Below are positions 22,759 to 31,014 of a stretch of 64,000 nucleotides of DNA, one piece after another. The stretch's first letter is position 1. The number at the start of each line of letters is the position of its first letter. The translations under genes were made by a program, and so were the position numbers. Source of the DNA: Dehalococcoidia bacterium (GTDB taxonomy: Bacteria; Chloroflexota; Dehalococcoidia; UBA2979); assembly GCA_965262725.1 (NCBI GenBank), contig OZ253555.1, forward strand, positions 3,584,001 to 3,648,000, in the 5' to 3' direction. The notes beneath the pieces are model-generated. The model ran no database searches. It saw only the letters and a list, made by a program, of their open reading frames with translations, and had not been told where the DNA came from.

Positions 22759-24192
22759 ATGCGCTACCACGTCGTGACCCTCGGCTGCGCCAAGAACACG
22801 GTCGACTCGATGCGCCTCGACCAGGCGCTTCGGCACCGACGGCACCGCGCCGTCGCCGACCCCGACGACGCGGAGTTGCTGCTGGTCAACACCTGCGGCT
22901 TCATCGACGCCGCGAAGGACGAATCGCTCTCCGTCATCCGCGAGCTGGACGAGGCGCGCTCGGGCGGGCAGCGCCTCTTCGTGATCGGATGCATGACCGA
23001 GATCGCGGAGGAGGAGGTCCGTCGGGCTGTGCCCGGCGTGGACGCCACTTTCGGGGCCGAGGCCTGGGACCGCATCGCCTCCGAGGTGGGGCCCGCCGAC
23101 CCGCGTTACGACATTCCCGACCCCCAGCCGCTCATCGCACCCGGCACGCCCTCCGCCTACCTGAAGATCTCCGACGGCTGCGACCGGCCGTGCACCTTCT
23201 GCATCATCCCCACCATCAAGGGCGCCATGCACTCCGCATCTCGTGACCGCCTGCTCGCAGAGGCGCGGGCATACGCTCAGGCCGGCGTCTCCGAACTGGT
23301 GCTCGTCGCGCAGGACTCGACGGCCTACGCCGAGGATCTCGGCGAGCGCGACGGCCTCGCCGCGCTCCTTCAGGAGATCTCCGCGGCCGTGCCGGAGGTG
23401 CCGTGGATACGGCTGATGTACGCCTACCCCGGCCGCGTGACGCCGCGGCTCGCGAAGACGATGGCTGAGCTTCCGAACGTGGTGCCGTACCTGGACATCC
23501 CCCTGCAGCACGGCTCGGACGCCGTGCTTCGGCGCATGAAGCGGCCGAGCCTGCGCGTGGCGCGGCGCAGCCTGGAGGCGATCCGCGCCGAGATGCCGGA
23601 GGCGGCCATTCGCACGACCTTCATCGTCGGCTTTCCCGGGGAGAGCGACTCAGAGTTCGAGGAGCTCCTCGACTTCGTCGAGGAGCAGCGCTTCGACCAC
23701 GTGGGAGCCTTCCCCTACTCGCCGCAGGCGGGCACGCCGGCCGCGGAATCCGCCGCCGAGCTCGGCGGGATCCCCGGCGCCGAGCTGACGCAGCAGCGGT
23801 ACGGCCGGTTGATGGAGCTCGCGCAGGAGATCTCGCTTCAGCACAACCGCGCCCTCATCGGGCGCGAGCTCGACGTGCTCGTCGAGTCGGCCCGCCCGGT
23901 GGAGTCCGAGGGGGCGGGCGGCCCCGTCGTGGTCGGCCGGACCTCCCGCGACGCGCCCGAGGTCGACGGGCTCGCGCTGCTCAAGGGCGAGTTCCCGGCG
24001 GGTGAGCTCGTCCGGGCGCGCGTGGACGGCGCGCTTCCCTACGACCTGTTGCTCTCGCCCGTGGACGCGCCCGTCGACGCAGCCGTCGACGCGGAGCCGC
24101 CTGGCCCCCGGGCGGCGCGGGAGCCGCTCCGGACGCGCCGGGGGCGGAGCGCACAGGGCACCGACCGGCGAGGGGCTCGCCGCAGGCGGTGA
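22759..24192 (+). CDS. rimO: Ribosomal protein S12 methylthiotransferase
   Basis: TLGCAKNTVDS, VNTCGFI, radical-SAM CDRPCTFC, WIRLMYAYP and TRAM DAPEVDG. Confidence 0.95.
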   Translation: MRYHVVTLGCAKNTVDSMRLDQALRHRRHRAVADPDDAELLLVNTCGFIDAAKDESLSVIRELDEARSGGQRLFVIGCMTEIAEEEVRRAVPGVDATFGAEAWDRIASEVGPADPRYDIPDPQPLIAPGTPSAYLKISDGCDRPCTFCIIPTIKGAMHSASRDRLLAEARAYAQAGVSELVLVAQDSTAYAEDLGERDGLAALLQEISAAVPEVPWIRLMYAYPGRVTPRLAKTMAELPNVVPYLDIPLQHGSDAVLRRMKRPSLRVARRSLEAIRAEMPEAAIRTTFIVGFPGESDSEFEELLDFVEEQRFDHVGAFPYSPQAGTPAAESAAELGGIPGAELTQQRYGRLMELAQEISLQHNRALIGRELDVLVESARPVESEGAGGPVVVGRTSRDAPEVDGLALLKGEFPAGELVRARVDGALPYDLLLSPVDAPVDAAVDAEPPGPRAAREPLRTRRGRSAQGTDRRGARRRR

Positions 24193-24211
24193 CGGAGCCA
24201 GCCGGCCCCCG

Positions 24212-25441
24212 CTAGCCGCGCGGCAGGCCGAGCCCCCTGGTCGCGATCACGTTCCGCTGGATCTCCGAGGAGCCGGCGGCGATGGTAGCCGGGATCGAGC
24301 CGACATAGCCCACCGTGAAGCGCGCCTTCATCGGGGCGAGCGGGTGCGTCCCGTCCCAGATTGAGGAGTAGAGCCCGAACACCTTGGTCGCGGTGCGCTG
24401 CAGCGTCTGGCCGAGCTCGGAGCCGAACATCTTGTTCACCGAGGCCTCGTAGTTGGGCACGGAGCCGGTGGCCTGGATCGAGGCGATGCGCAGCGAGAAG
24501 TTGAACTGCACCGCCGTCTGGATGAAGTGGTGCGCCAGCTCCTGTCTCAGCGCGTCGAGGCGATCGAGCCGGGCGAAGCGGCGTCCCTCGCCGCGGGCGT
24601 AGTCGAGCAGGGCCCGGATCGTCTTGCGGTTCACCACCGCTCCCGAGACGTTCGAGCGCTCGAAGTCGAGCAGGGTGGTCGCGACGTACCAGCCCCTGTT
24701 CTCCTCGCCGACGCGGTTGGTGACCGGGATGCGCACGTCCTCGAAGAAGACCTCGTTGACGTAGTGGCGGCCCGTGGCGTCCACGATCGGACGCACCTCG
24801 ATGCCCGGCGTGTGGAGATCGACCATCAGGAAGGTGATACCGCGGTGCTTGGGCGCCTCCGGGTCGGTGCGCACCAGAAGCGACGCCCAGTCGGCGTCGT
24901 GGCCGCCGGAGGTCCAGATCTTCTGGCCGTTGACGACGTACTCGTCGCCGTCGCGGACCGCGCGCGTCGAGAGTGAGGCGAGGTCGGATCCGGCGCCGGG
25001 CTCGGAGAAGCACTGGGCCCAGCCACCGTCCCCGGCCAGCATCTTGGGGAGGTGCTCCCGCCTCTGCTCCTCCGTCCCGTGGATGACGAGCGTCGATCCC
25101 ATCAACCGGATCCCGATCGGATCGATCACCGGGGCCGCCGCCTCGGCGACCTCCTCGGCGAAGATGAACTGCTCCATGACCGAGAGGTCGGCCCCGCCGT
25201 AGCGGGCGGGCCAGTGGGGGGCCGTCCAGCCGCGCCGTCCCACGGCGTGTCCCCAGTCCTCCGCGGTGCGCCGGACCTCCCGATCGTGGGACTTGCGGTC
25301 GTGGCGCCAGTCCCCGGTGGGAGGCGGGTCGTGCGGTCCTCGCGTGTCCAGGTTCTGGTAGCCGGGGGGCAACTCCTCCGTGAGGAAGGAGCGCACCTGC
25401 GCCCGGAATGCGGCCTGCTCTGTGGTGTCGGACCACTCCAT
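24212..25441 (-). CDS. Acyl-CoA dehydrogenase family protein
   Basis: QCFSEPGAGSDLASL, VNGQKIWTS, NEVFFEDV and AAGSSEIQRNVIA. Start set at ATG 25441. Confidence 0.94.
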   Translation of the reverse strand: MEWSDTTEQAAFRAQVRSFLTEELPPGYQNLDTRGPHDPPPTGDWRHDRKSHDREVRRTAEDWGHAVGRRGWTAPHWPARYGGADLSVMEQFIFAEEVAEAAAPVIDPIGIRLMGSTLVIHGTEEQRREHLPKMLAGDGGWAQCFSEPGAGSDLASLSTRAVRDGDEYVVNGQKIWTSGGHDADWASLLVRTDPEAPKHRGITFLMVDLHTPGIEVRPIVDATGRHYVNEVFFEDVRIPVTNRVGEENRGWYVATTLLDFERSNVSGAVVNRKTIRALLDYARGEGRRFARLDRLDALRQELAHHFIQTAVQFNFSLRIASIQATGSVPNYEASVNKMFGSELGQTLQRTATKVFGLYSSIWDGTHPLAPMKARFTVGYVGSIPATIAAGSSEIQRNVIATRGLGLPRG

Positions 25442-25765
25442 CGCGACCACCTCCTCCCGGGGCACACGTCGCGGAGCCGCCCCGCGGGCCAGCATAGCCT
25501 CGCGGGGCGAGCGCTGTGATCCGGGAGGCCGTCGCCCTGGGAGAGCAGCGCCCCCGGCCGCAGCCGACGGCGGCCGCCCTGTCAACCGGTGGCAGGGAGG
25601 AAACTCCCCTGGCGGTGGCGTTCGCGCTGGCCGCTCGGCGCACCGCCTGGACGACTCACTGCTTCTTCGCTGACTCAGTCAGCACACGCGTCGTGAGCGC
25701 CCCTCCGTGGATGCGCCGCTTCGCGTGGTGTCCGTTCGGCCACGGGGCGCTTCCCGTCCTCTGAA

Positions 25766-26143
25766 CTAGCGAGTTTCGGCGGGTGCCGACGGATAGTCTT
25801 CAGACCTGCCACTGTCGCCCGCCTGAATCACGAAGTCGCGCCGGTCGCGGTAGAGCGCGGCACGATTGATGACGTAGTCCACCTCGTCGCGGTCCGGATC
25901 GATTTTCCGATAGGCGGTCATCAGCCAGTACTTGTGCTCACCGACGAACAGGTACGTGTTGAGCATCGAGAAGAAGCGGCACCCGACGCCTTCGCCGGCC
26001 CGGAATCGGTCGCAGATAGCCGCGAGCAGCTCTCGCTGCTCGTCCGTGCGGCTGAGCACGTATTCGTGTGGCCACGTATCCCGATACGTGCTCGCTTCTC
26101 GCCAGGGAGCCTGCGCAATCAAGGCCGCCAGCGTCGTGATCAT
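25766..26143 (-). CDS. Hypothetical protein (lower GC, possibly acquired)
   Basis: 125 aa with WREASTY..TWPHEY, YLFVGEHKYWLM and VINRA; GAGGGAG RBS upstream. Confidence 0.65.
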   Translation of the reverse strand: MITTLAALIAQAPWREASTYRDTWPHEYVLSRTDEQRELLAAICDRFRAGEGVGCRFFSMLNTYLFVGEHKYWLMTAYRKIDPDRDEVDYVINRAALYRDRRDFVIQAGDSGRSEDYPSAPAETR

Positions 26144-26276
26144 CGGCTACTCTCCCTCACGTCGGACGGTTGAACCCGCCACGCTCGAGACTCGCGTCGA
26201 TGGTTCACCGTGAGCTGAGCGTGGCCCACTCGACGTTCCCTGCTATCCCTCTCAGTGACACGCTCGGCCTGGCGCC

Positions 26277-26975
26277 CTAGGAGAGCGGGCCCTCGTTCGC
26301 CCCGCCGTCGGCCGAGGCCTCCGCAACGAGGGCGTGCTCTTCGGCATCCGCCGCCGGATCGGGATCGGGGTCGTCGGAGAGCGGCTGGAGTTGCCGGAGA
26401 CTCTCCATCCCGAAGTGCTCCAGGAAGCGCTGCGTGACGCCGAAGAGCGCGGGCCGCCCCGGACCCGGCGCCCGCCCCACCTCCACGATCAGGTCGCGGG
26501 CACGCAGCGTGCCGATCGCGGCGTCGCTCGACACGCCGCGAATGCGCTCGACCTGCCCCCGCGTGACCGGCTGCTTGTAGGCGACGATGGCGAGCGTCTC
26601 CATCGCTGCAGGCGAGAGCCGACGGCGGCTCTCCACACCGAGAAAGCTCTCCACCACGCCCGCCAGCTCGGGCGCCGTCACCAGCTGCGCTCCGTCCGGA
26701 CCCCGCTGTAGGCGAAGACCGCGGCCTGCGAGCGAGACGCCGAGCAGCTCCAGCGCCGCCCCGATCCGCCCCGGCGTCGCCTCCAGCACGCGCGCCAGCG
26801 TCCGTTCGGAGACCGGTCCGTCGGACACGAAGAGCAGCGCCTCGAGCAGCGTGGCGAGCTCGCCGTCGGAGCGCTCCTCGCGCACCGGCGCCTGCCGGGG
26901 GGCGTCCCCCGGCGGCTCCCCGAGCCCCGCCGACGGGGCGTGAGCCCGGATGTCCGCTGAGCGCGACTCACCCAC
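26277..26975 (-). CDS. scpB: SMC-Scp complex subunit ScpB
   Basis: LEALLFVS, LSPAAMETLAIVAYKQPVTRGQVERIRGV and GRPALFGVTQRFLEHFG. Start set at GTG 26975. Confidence 0.93.
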   Translation of the reverse strand: MGESRSADIRAHAPSAGLGEPPGDAPRQAPVREERSDGELATLLEALLFVSDGPVSERTLARVLEATPGRIGAALELLGVSLAGRGLRLQRGPDGAQLVTAPELAGVVESFLGVESRRRLSPAAMETLAIVAYKQPVTRGQVERIRGVSSDAAIGTLRARDLIVEVGRAPGPGRPALFGVTQRFLEHFGMESLRQLQPLSDDPDPDPAADAEEHALVAEASADGGANEGPLS

Positions 26976-27777
26976 GGCGTCCCCGGTCTTCGGCCGCTCC
27001 CGCGCCCGCCGCCGGCATGGCGGCAGCGCCCGGCCCGCCGCCCCACGCGTCCCGATGCTCGCCACCAGCCTCCCGGGCTCCCCCGCTCCCTCGCTCCCAC
27101 CGGCGGTCGGCACGACCCTCGGGAGCGGGCGAGAGGCGCTGATAGAGCCGGAGCTCGCTGTAGCGAAGCTCGATCCGCGGCGGGGCCGCGAGCGGAAGGC
27201 CCAGGCGCCGCTCGACGGCGGCGACGGCCAGCTCCCGCGCCTGGGCACCGACCTGCGCGAGGAGCGCCTCCGGCCCGACCTCCACGAACACCCCCACCGC
27301 GACGCCGCGGCGATGCCGGTTCTCGATGCGCACCGATGCCGCCACCACGGCATCAATCGCGGTGATCTCCGCCCGCAGCAGAGCCGCGAGCGCGTCGACC
27401 GGGAGCCGCACGCTGCCCGGTATCTGAAGCGGCCGCCGGGGCGAGCTCAGGCTGCCCCACCGGATCACGAACGCGAGGAGCACGGCCGCCACCAGGACCG
27501 TGGTCGCGCCGGCGCGGCCGAGCCGTGTGTCGTGGTCCAGAGCGACCTCAAGCACCCGGGCGGCGGCCTCGAGCACCGGCCCGGAGGCGAGCCAGATGAG
27601 GGCGATCACGCCCGGCGCGATCGTCGCCAGAAGAAGCGGTGCGCGGTAGGCCCTCCACCATGACTCGCCGGCGAGGTCGGAGGTGGCGGGACGGCCTGAG
27701 GCACGCGGATCCACGGCCGGGCGCCCCATCGCGCCAAACCAGCGAGGTGCACGGTGGTTCGAGGCCGCCATCGGCAT
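26968..27777 (-). CDS. Membrane protein, AmaP/Asp23-like
   Basis: Two TM segments followed by LPVDALAALL...AIDAVVAASVRI...VERRLGL, resembling alkaline-shock membrane-anchor proteins. Start uncertain. Confidence 0.5.
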   Translation of the reverse strand: MPMAASNHRAPRWFGAMGRPAVDPRASGRPATSDLAGESWWRAYRAPLLLATIAPGVIALIWLASGPVLEAAARVLEVALDHDTRLGRAGATTVLVAAVLLAFVIRWGSLSSPRRPLQIPGSVRLPVDALAALLRAEITAIDAVVAASVRIENRHRRGVAVGVFVEVGPEALLAQVGAQARELAVAAVERRLGLPLAAPPRIELRYSELRLYQRLSPAPEGRADRRWERGSGGAREAGGEHRDAWGGGPGAAAMPAAGAGAAEDRGRRG

Positions 27778-27831
27778 TCCCGGGCGCACCCCGCTGGGAA
27801 GCGCCGCACTCACCACCCCGCCCCCGGTACC

Positions 27832-28734
27832 ATGCTCCCTGTGATCGTCGATGTCCACACGCACATCTTCCCACCGAGGATGATCGCGGCCCGCTCAGAA
27901 CTCGCCGCCGCCGATCCCGGCTTCGCGGCGCTCTACGCCGACCCGGCCGCGCGGATGGCGAGCTCAGGCGACCTGCTCGCCTCGATGTGCGACGCCGGCG
28001 TCGACATCGCCGTCGCGGCGGGCTTCTCGTGGCGCTCCGCCGCGCACGCCGAGGAGCACGCATCGTATGTGCTCGACGCCGCGGCCCACTCCGGCGGATC
28101 GCTCATCGCCTTCCCCCCGCTCCCGGCGCTGGGCGGTCCCGGCGACGATCCCGACGAGCGCTCGTTGCGCGCCCGCTGCCGCGAGCTCGCGGCGGGCGGC
28201 GCCCGCGGCGTCGGCGAGCTCCGGATCGACGCTCGGGCCCTGCCGCTCGGAGACGATGCGGCCGCGGCGCAGGCGCGAGGGATCCTGCGGTCGGCAGGCG
28301 CCGAGAGCCTCGCGCTGCTCGCTCACTGCACCGAGCCCGTCGGCCACGACTACCCCGGGCGGGAGGGGGGCCTCAGCGCCGGCGCGCTCTGGCGCCTTCT
28401 CGCGGACGAGCCATTCCCGGACGGGGGCCATCCCCTCCTCATTGCGGCGCACTGGGGCGGCGGGCTCCCCCTCTACGCGGCGATGCCCGAGGTCCACGCG
28501 CTGTTCACACGGGGGCGGCTCGCCGTCGACACGGCGGCGAGCCGCTTCCTCTACGATCCCGTCATGGTGGAGCTCGCCTCGACGCTCGGCCTCACCAACG
28601 TCGTGCTCTGGGGATCCGACTTCCCGCTCAGGACGCAGGCGCGCGACCGCCGCGATCTGGAGCGCGCCGTGCCAGACCCGCTGCTGCGCGCCGCCCTCCT
28701 GGGAGGGAACGCCGCGCGGCTCCTCGGCCTCTGA
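27832..28734 (+). CDS. Amidohydrolase-2 family protein
   Basis: IVDVHTH, GVGEL, AAHWGGG, VDTAA, LWGSDFP and LLGGNAARLL. Confidence 0.9.
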   Translation: MLPVIVDVHTHIFPPRMIAARSELAAADPGFAALYADPAARMASSGDLLASMCDAGVDIAVAAGFSWRSAAHAEEHASYVLDAAAHSGGSLIAFPPLPALGGPGDDPDERSLRARCRELAAGGARGVGELRIDARALPLGDDAAAAQARGILRSAGAESLALLAHCTEPVGHDYPGREGGLSAGALWRLLADEPFPDGGHPLLIAAHWGGGLPLYAAMPEVHALFTRGRLAVDTAASRFLYDPVMVELASTLGLTNVVLWGSDFPLRTQARDRRDLERAVPDPLLRAALLGGNAARLLGL

Positions 28735-28782
28735 GCCGATGGCGCGGCGGCGAGCGCAGCGGCCCCGGTGTGAGGAGCCGAC

Positions 28783-29352
28783 GTGCGGCTCTTCGTGATG
28801 ATCGACGTGCCCGACACCTGGCGCGCCGCCGCCCGAACCGCGCAGCGCGCGCTCGCCGGGCGCGTCCCGCCGGGGACGCTGCGCCCCGTCGGCGAGGCGC
28901 ACCTTCACCTCACGCTGCGCTTCCTGGGCGAGGTCGAGGAGAGTGCGGTCCCCGCCCTGAGGCGCGAGCTCTCAGCCGTCGCTCCCGTCGACGTGACGCT
29001 CGCGCTGGGAGGGGCCGGCAGTTTCGGGGGGCCACGCCGCACGCGCGTCGCCTGGCTCGCCGTCGAGAGCGAGGGAGGCAGGCTCGACGCCCTCGCTGGC
29101 CGCGTCGAGAGCGCCGTCGTGGCGGCCGGGGCGGCGCCCCGGAGCGAGCGATTCCACGCCCACCTCACGCTGGCCCGTGTCGTGCGCGGCGCCGACCCCG
29201 AGACGCGGCGGGCCGTCTCCGAGGCGGCCTCCGCTCTGCCGCGTGCGGAGGCGCCGCCCTTCCGCGCCCGCGAGTTCGCCCTCGTGCGCTCGCACCTCGC
29301 GGGGAGCGGCGGGCACGGCCCCCGCTACGAGTCGATCGCCCGCTACGGGTGA
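28783..29352 (+). CDS. thpR: RNA 2',3'-cyclic phosphodiesterase (2H family, LigT)
   Basis: MRLFV and two HxT motifs (HLTLRFLG, HLTLAR). Confidence 0.92.
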   Translation: MRLFVMIDVPDTWRAAARTAQRALAGRVPPGTLRPVGEAHLHLTLRFLGEVEESAVPALRRELSAVAPVDVTLALGGAGSFGGPRRTRVAWLAVESEGGRLDALAGRVESAVVAAGAAPRSERFHAHLTLARVVRGADPETRRAVSEAASALPRAEAPPFRAREFALVRSHLAGSGGHGPRYESIARYG

Positions 29353-29376
29353 GCCCGGGCGGCGCCGCCCGCGGTG

Positions 29377-29406
29377 TTGACGACCGAGCCTCCCTCTCCC
29401 TATCTT
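29377..29406 (+). promoter_or_regulatory. Putative sigma70 promoter
   Basis: TTGACG-N18-TATCTT upstream of the SWIM-like gene. Confidence 0.5.
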
Positions 29407-29460
29407 TGGCGCAGGAGGCGAGACGAATGGGAGAACGTCCCCTCGCGCATCGGGCGTACC

Positions 29461-29494
29461 AGCGCCGCAGCCACCGCTGCGGCGCTTTCCGTTT
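29461..29494 (+). terminator. Intrinsic terminator-like hairpin in the leader of the SWIM-like gene
   Basis: Perfect 11-bp stem AGCGCCGCAGC-CACC-GCTGCGGCGCT followed by TTCCGTTT. Confidence 0.55.
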
Positions 29495-29584
29495 CCCCTC
29501 CCCATCCCTCTCCCCGCTCCCCGACGCAGGTCCACGATGGGTGGCGGTCGCCCGCCTCCCGGCATCGGCACGACAGGAGGCCAC

Positions 29585-29851
29585 ATGCATTCCGGGATGA
29601 TCGGCAAGGTCGCGAAGGCGCACCGCTACGCGGACCAGCGCGAGCGCTTCGAGGTGAACGCGCTCGCGGTCACGATTCGCGGAGACAACGCCGATCACCA
29701 CGTGGAGCTCTCGGACGGTCACTGGCGGTGCAGTTGCGACTTCTTCTCGTACAACGGCGCCTGCGCCCACACGATGGCGCTTGAGCTGCTGCTCGACGGG
29801 ATGCTTCCGGCCACCGAGGCCCGGCCGATGCCGGAGACGATCCTCGCGTAG
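29585..29851 (+). CDS. Small SWIM-type zinc-finger protein
   Basis: AGGAGG RBS; MHSGMIGKVAKAHRYA...WRCSCDFF...CAHTMAL (CxC-x8-CxH). Confidence 0.8.
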   Translation: MHSGMIGKVAKAHRYADQRERFEVNALAVTIRGDNADHHVELSDGHWRCSCDFFSYNGACAHTMALELLLDGMLPATEARPMPETILA

Positions 29852-29864
29852 ACGCTCATGCTCG

Positions 29865-29919
29865 CAAGCGCACTCCCGCCCCGTCGCCGAGACGTGGCGA
29901 AGGGGCGGGAGCGCGCTTG
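29865..29919. repeat. Long GC-rich hairpin (likely terminator or stabiliser)
   Basis: CAAGCGCACTCCCGCCCC pairs with GGGGCGGGAGCGCGCTTG (one mismatch), plus an inner TCGCC/GGCGA stem. Confidence 0.6.
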
Positions 29920-29967
29920 ACACACTGGCAGTGCGTGTCAGGGGTTCGAGTCCCCTCGGGTCCACCA
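29920..29967 (+). pseudogene. 3' half of tRNA-Ala(GGC), att-like remnant
   Basis: Anticodon loop CT-GGC-AG, T arm AGGGG-TTCGAGT-CCCCT and acceptor strand CGGGTCC-A-CCA (U70, Ala identity). No complementary 5' acceptor strand at the expected position. Confidence 0.75.
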
Positions 29968-30192
29968 CGAGACTCCATTCGCCGGATGAAGATTGCCGCG
30001 TCCGATGTTCGGTTCATGACGGAGGGGATTCAAGGGCAAGTCTGGACAAGTGGGTCTGGCGGCGCAAAACGGGCACGAGGAGCGCTTCTCGCGGGCGGGT
30101 TCGATGAAGTGAGCCATGGTCGGCCCTCTCAGGGCCCCTGCGGCTTCCCGTCCTCGCCTCTCTGGGGCGAGGTGGGCACACTCCACCCACAG

Positions 30193-30879
30193 TCAGGCAC
30201 AGTGCGGCTTCGCGGTGAGCAGATTATGGACCCCCAGCAAGACCGCACACCGCTCGTGGTTCTTGAAGAGGCCCCGGTACCGCACCGTGGCGTAGTCGAA
30301 GCGCCGCTTCACGGTATAGAACGGGTGCTCCACCAGCGCCCGCGCCGACGCCTTCCGTTTCTCCTCGACGGCCTCAGGACTCTCCGGGTCGAGCTGACGC
30401 CGTAGGCCCGGGCGCATCGCCACGTTCCAGTTGTCGACCCCCGAGTCCGCGTTCTCGGGTCGCTTGTCCACGCCCCGGTATCCGGCATCGCCGTAGACTT
30501 CGGCTTCCTCGCCGTGCAGCAGACGGTACGTCTCCGACACGTCCGACACGTTCGCAGGCGTCGTCGTGAAGCTGTGGACCAGGCCCGTGTCCCTGTCCGC
30601 GCCGATGTGCAGCTTCATCCCGAAATACCACTGGTTGCCCTTCTTGGTCTGATGCATCTCGGGGTCCCGCGCCCGCTCGCGATTCTGCGTCGACGACGGC
30701 GCCGAGATGATGGTCGCGTCCACGATGCTGCCCTCGCTCAGCTTCAATCCCTCGCTCGCAAGGTGCTCGTTGATGAGCTCGAAGATCCTGCTCCCCAGGG
30801 AGTGGCGCTCGAGCAGATGACGGAATGTGAGGATGGTCGTCTCGTCGGGGATCGGCCCGCGCAGGGTGAGGTGGCAGAA
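30193..30879 (-). pseudogene. IS5 transposase, C-terminal part
   Basis: PDETTILTFRHLLE, IVDATII, RDPEMHQTKKGNQWYFGMKLHIG, YGDAGY and RALVEHPF. Confidence 0.92.
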
Positions 30880-31014
30880 TGTGAATCGCCAAGGTCTATA
30901 GACCACGAAATCGCCAGATCGCCAGGGTCATTGATCCACCCCGTCAGGGACTCCTGCCCGCCCGGGCCGCCGGTACGGCCACCATCGCCTGCATCCCCAG
31001 CGGAGGGAGCAGCG

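Noticed and set aside
26160-26200. Third tRNA-like fragment (GGCGGGTTCAACC on the minus strand)
   Set aside because: The T stem does not pair and no acceptor strand or CCA follows.
29892-29967. Intact tRNA-Ala gene
   Set aside because: No 5' acceptor strand complementary to CGGGTCC and no D arm; that region is one arm of an upstream hairpin. Reported as a fragment instead.
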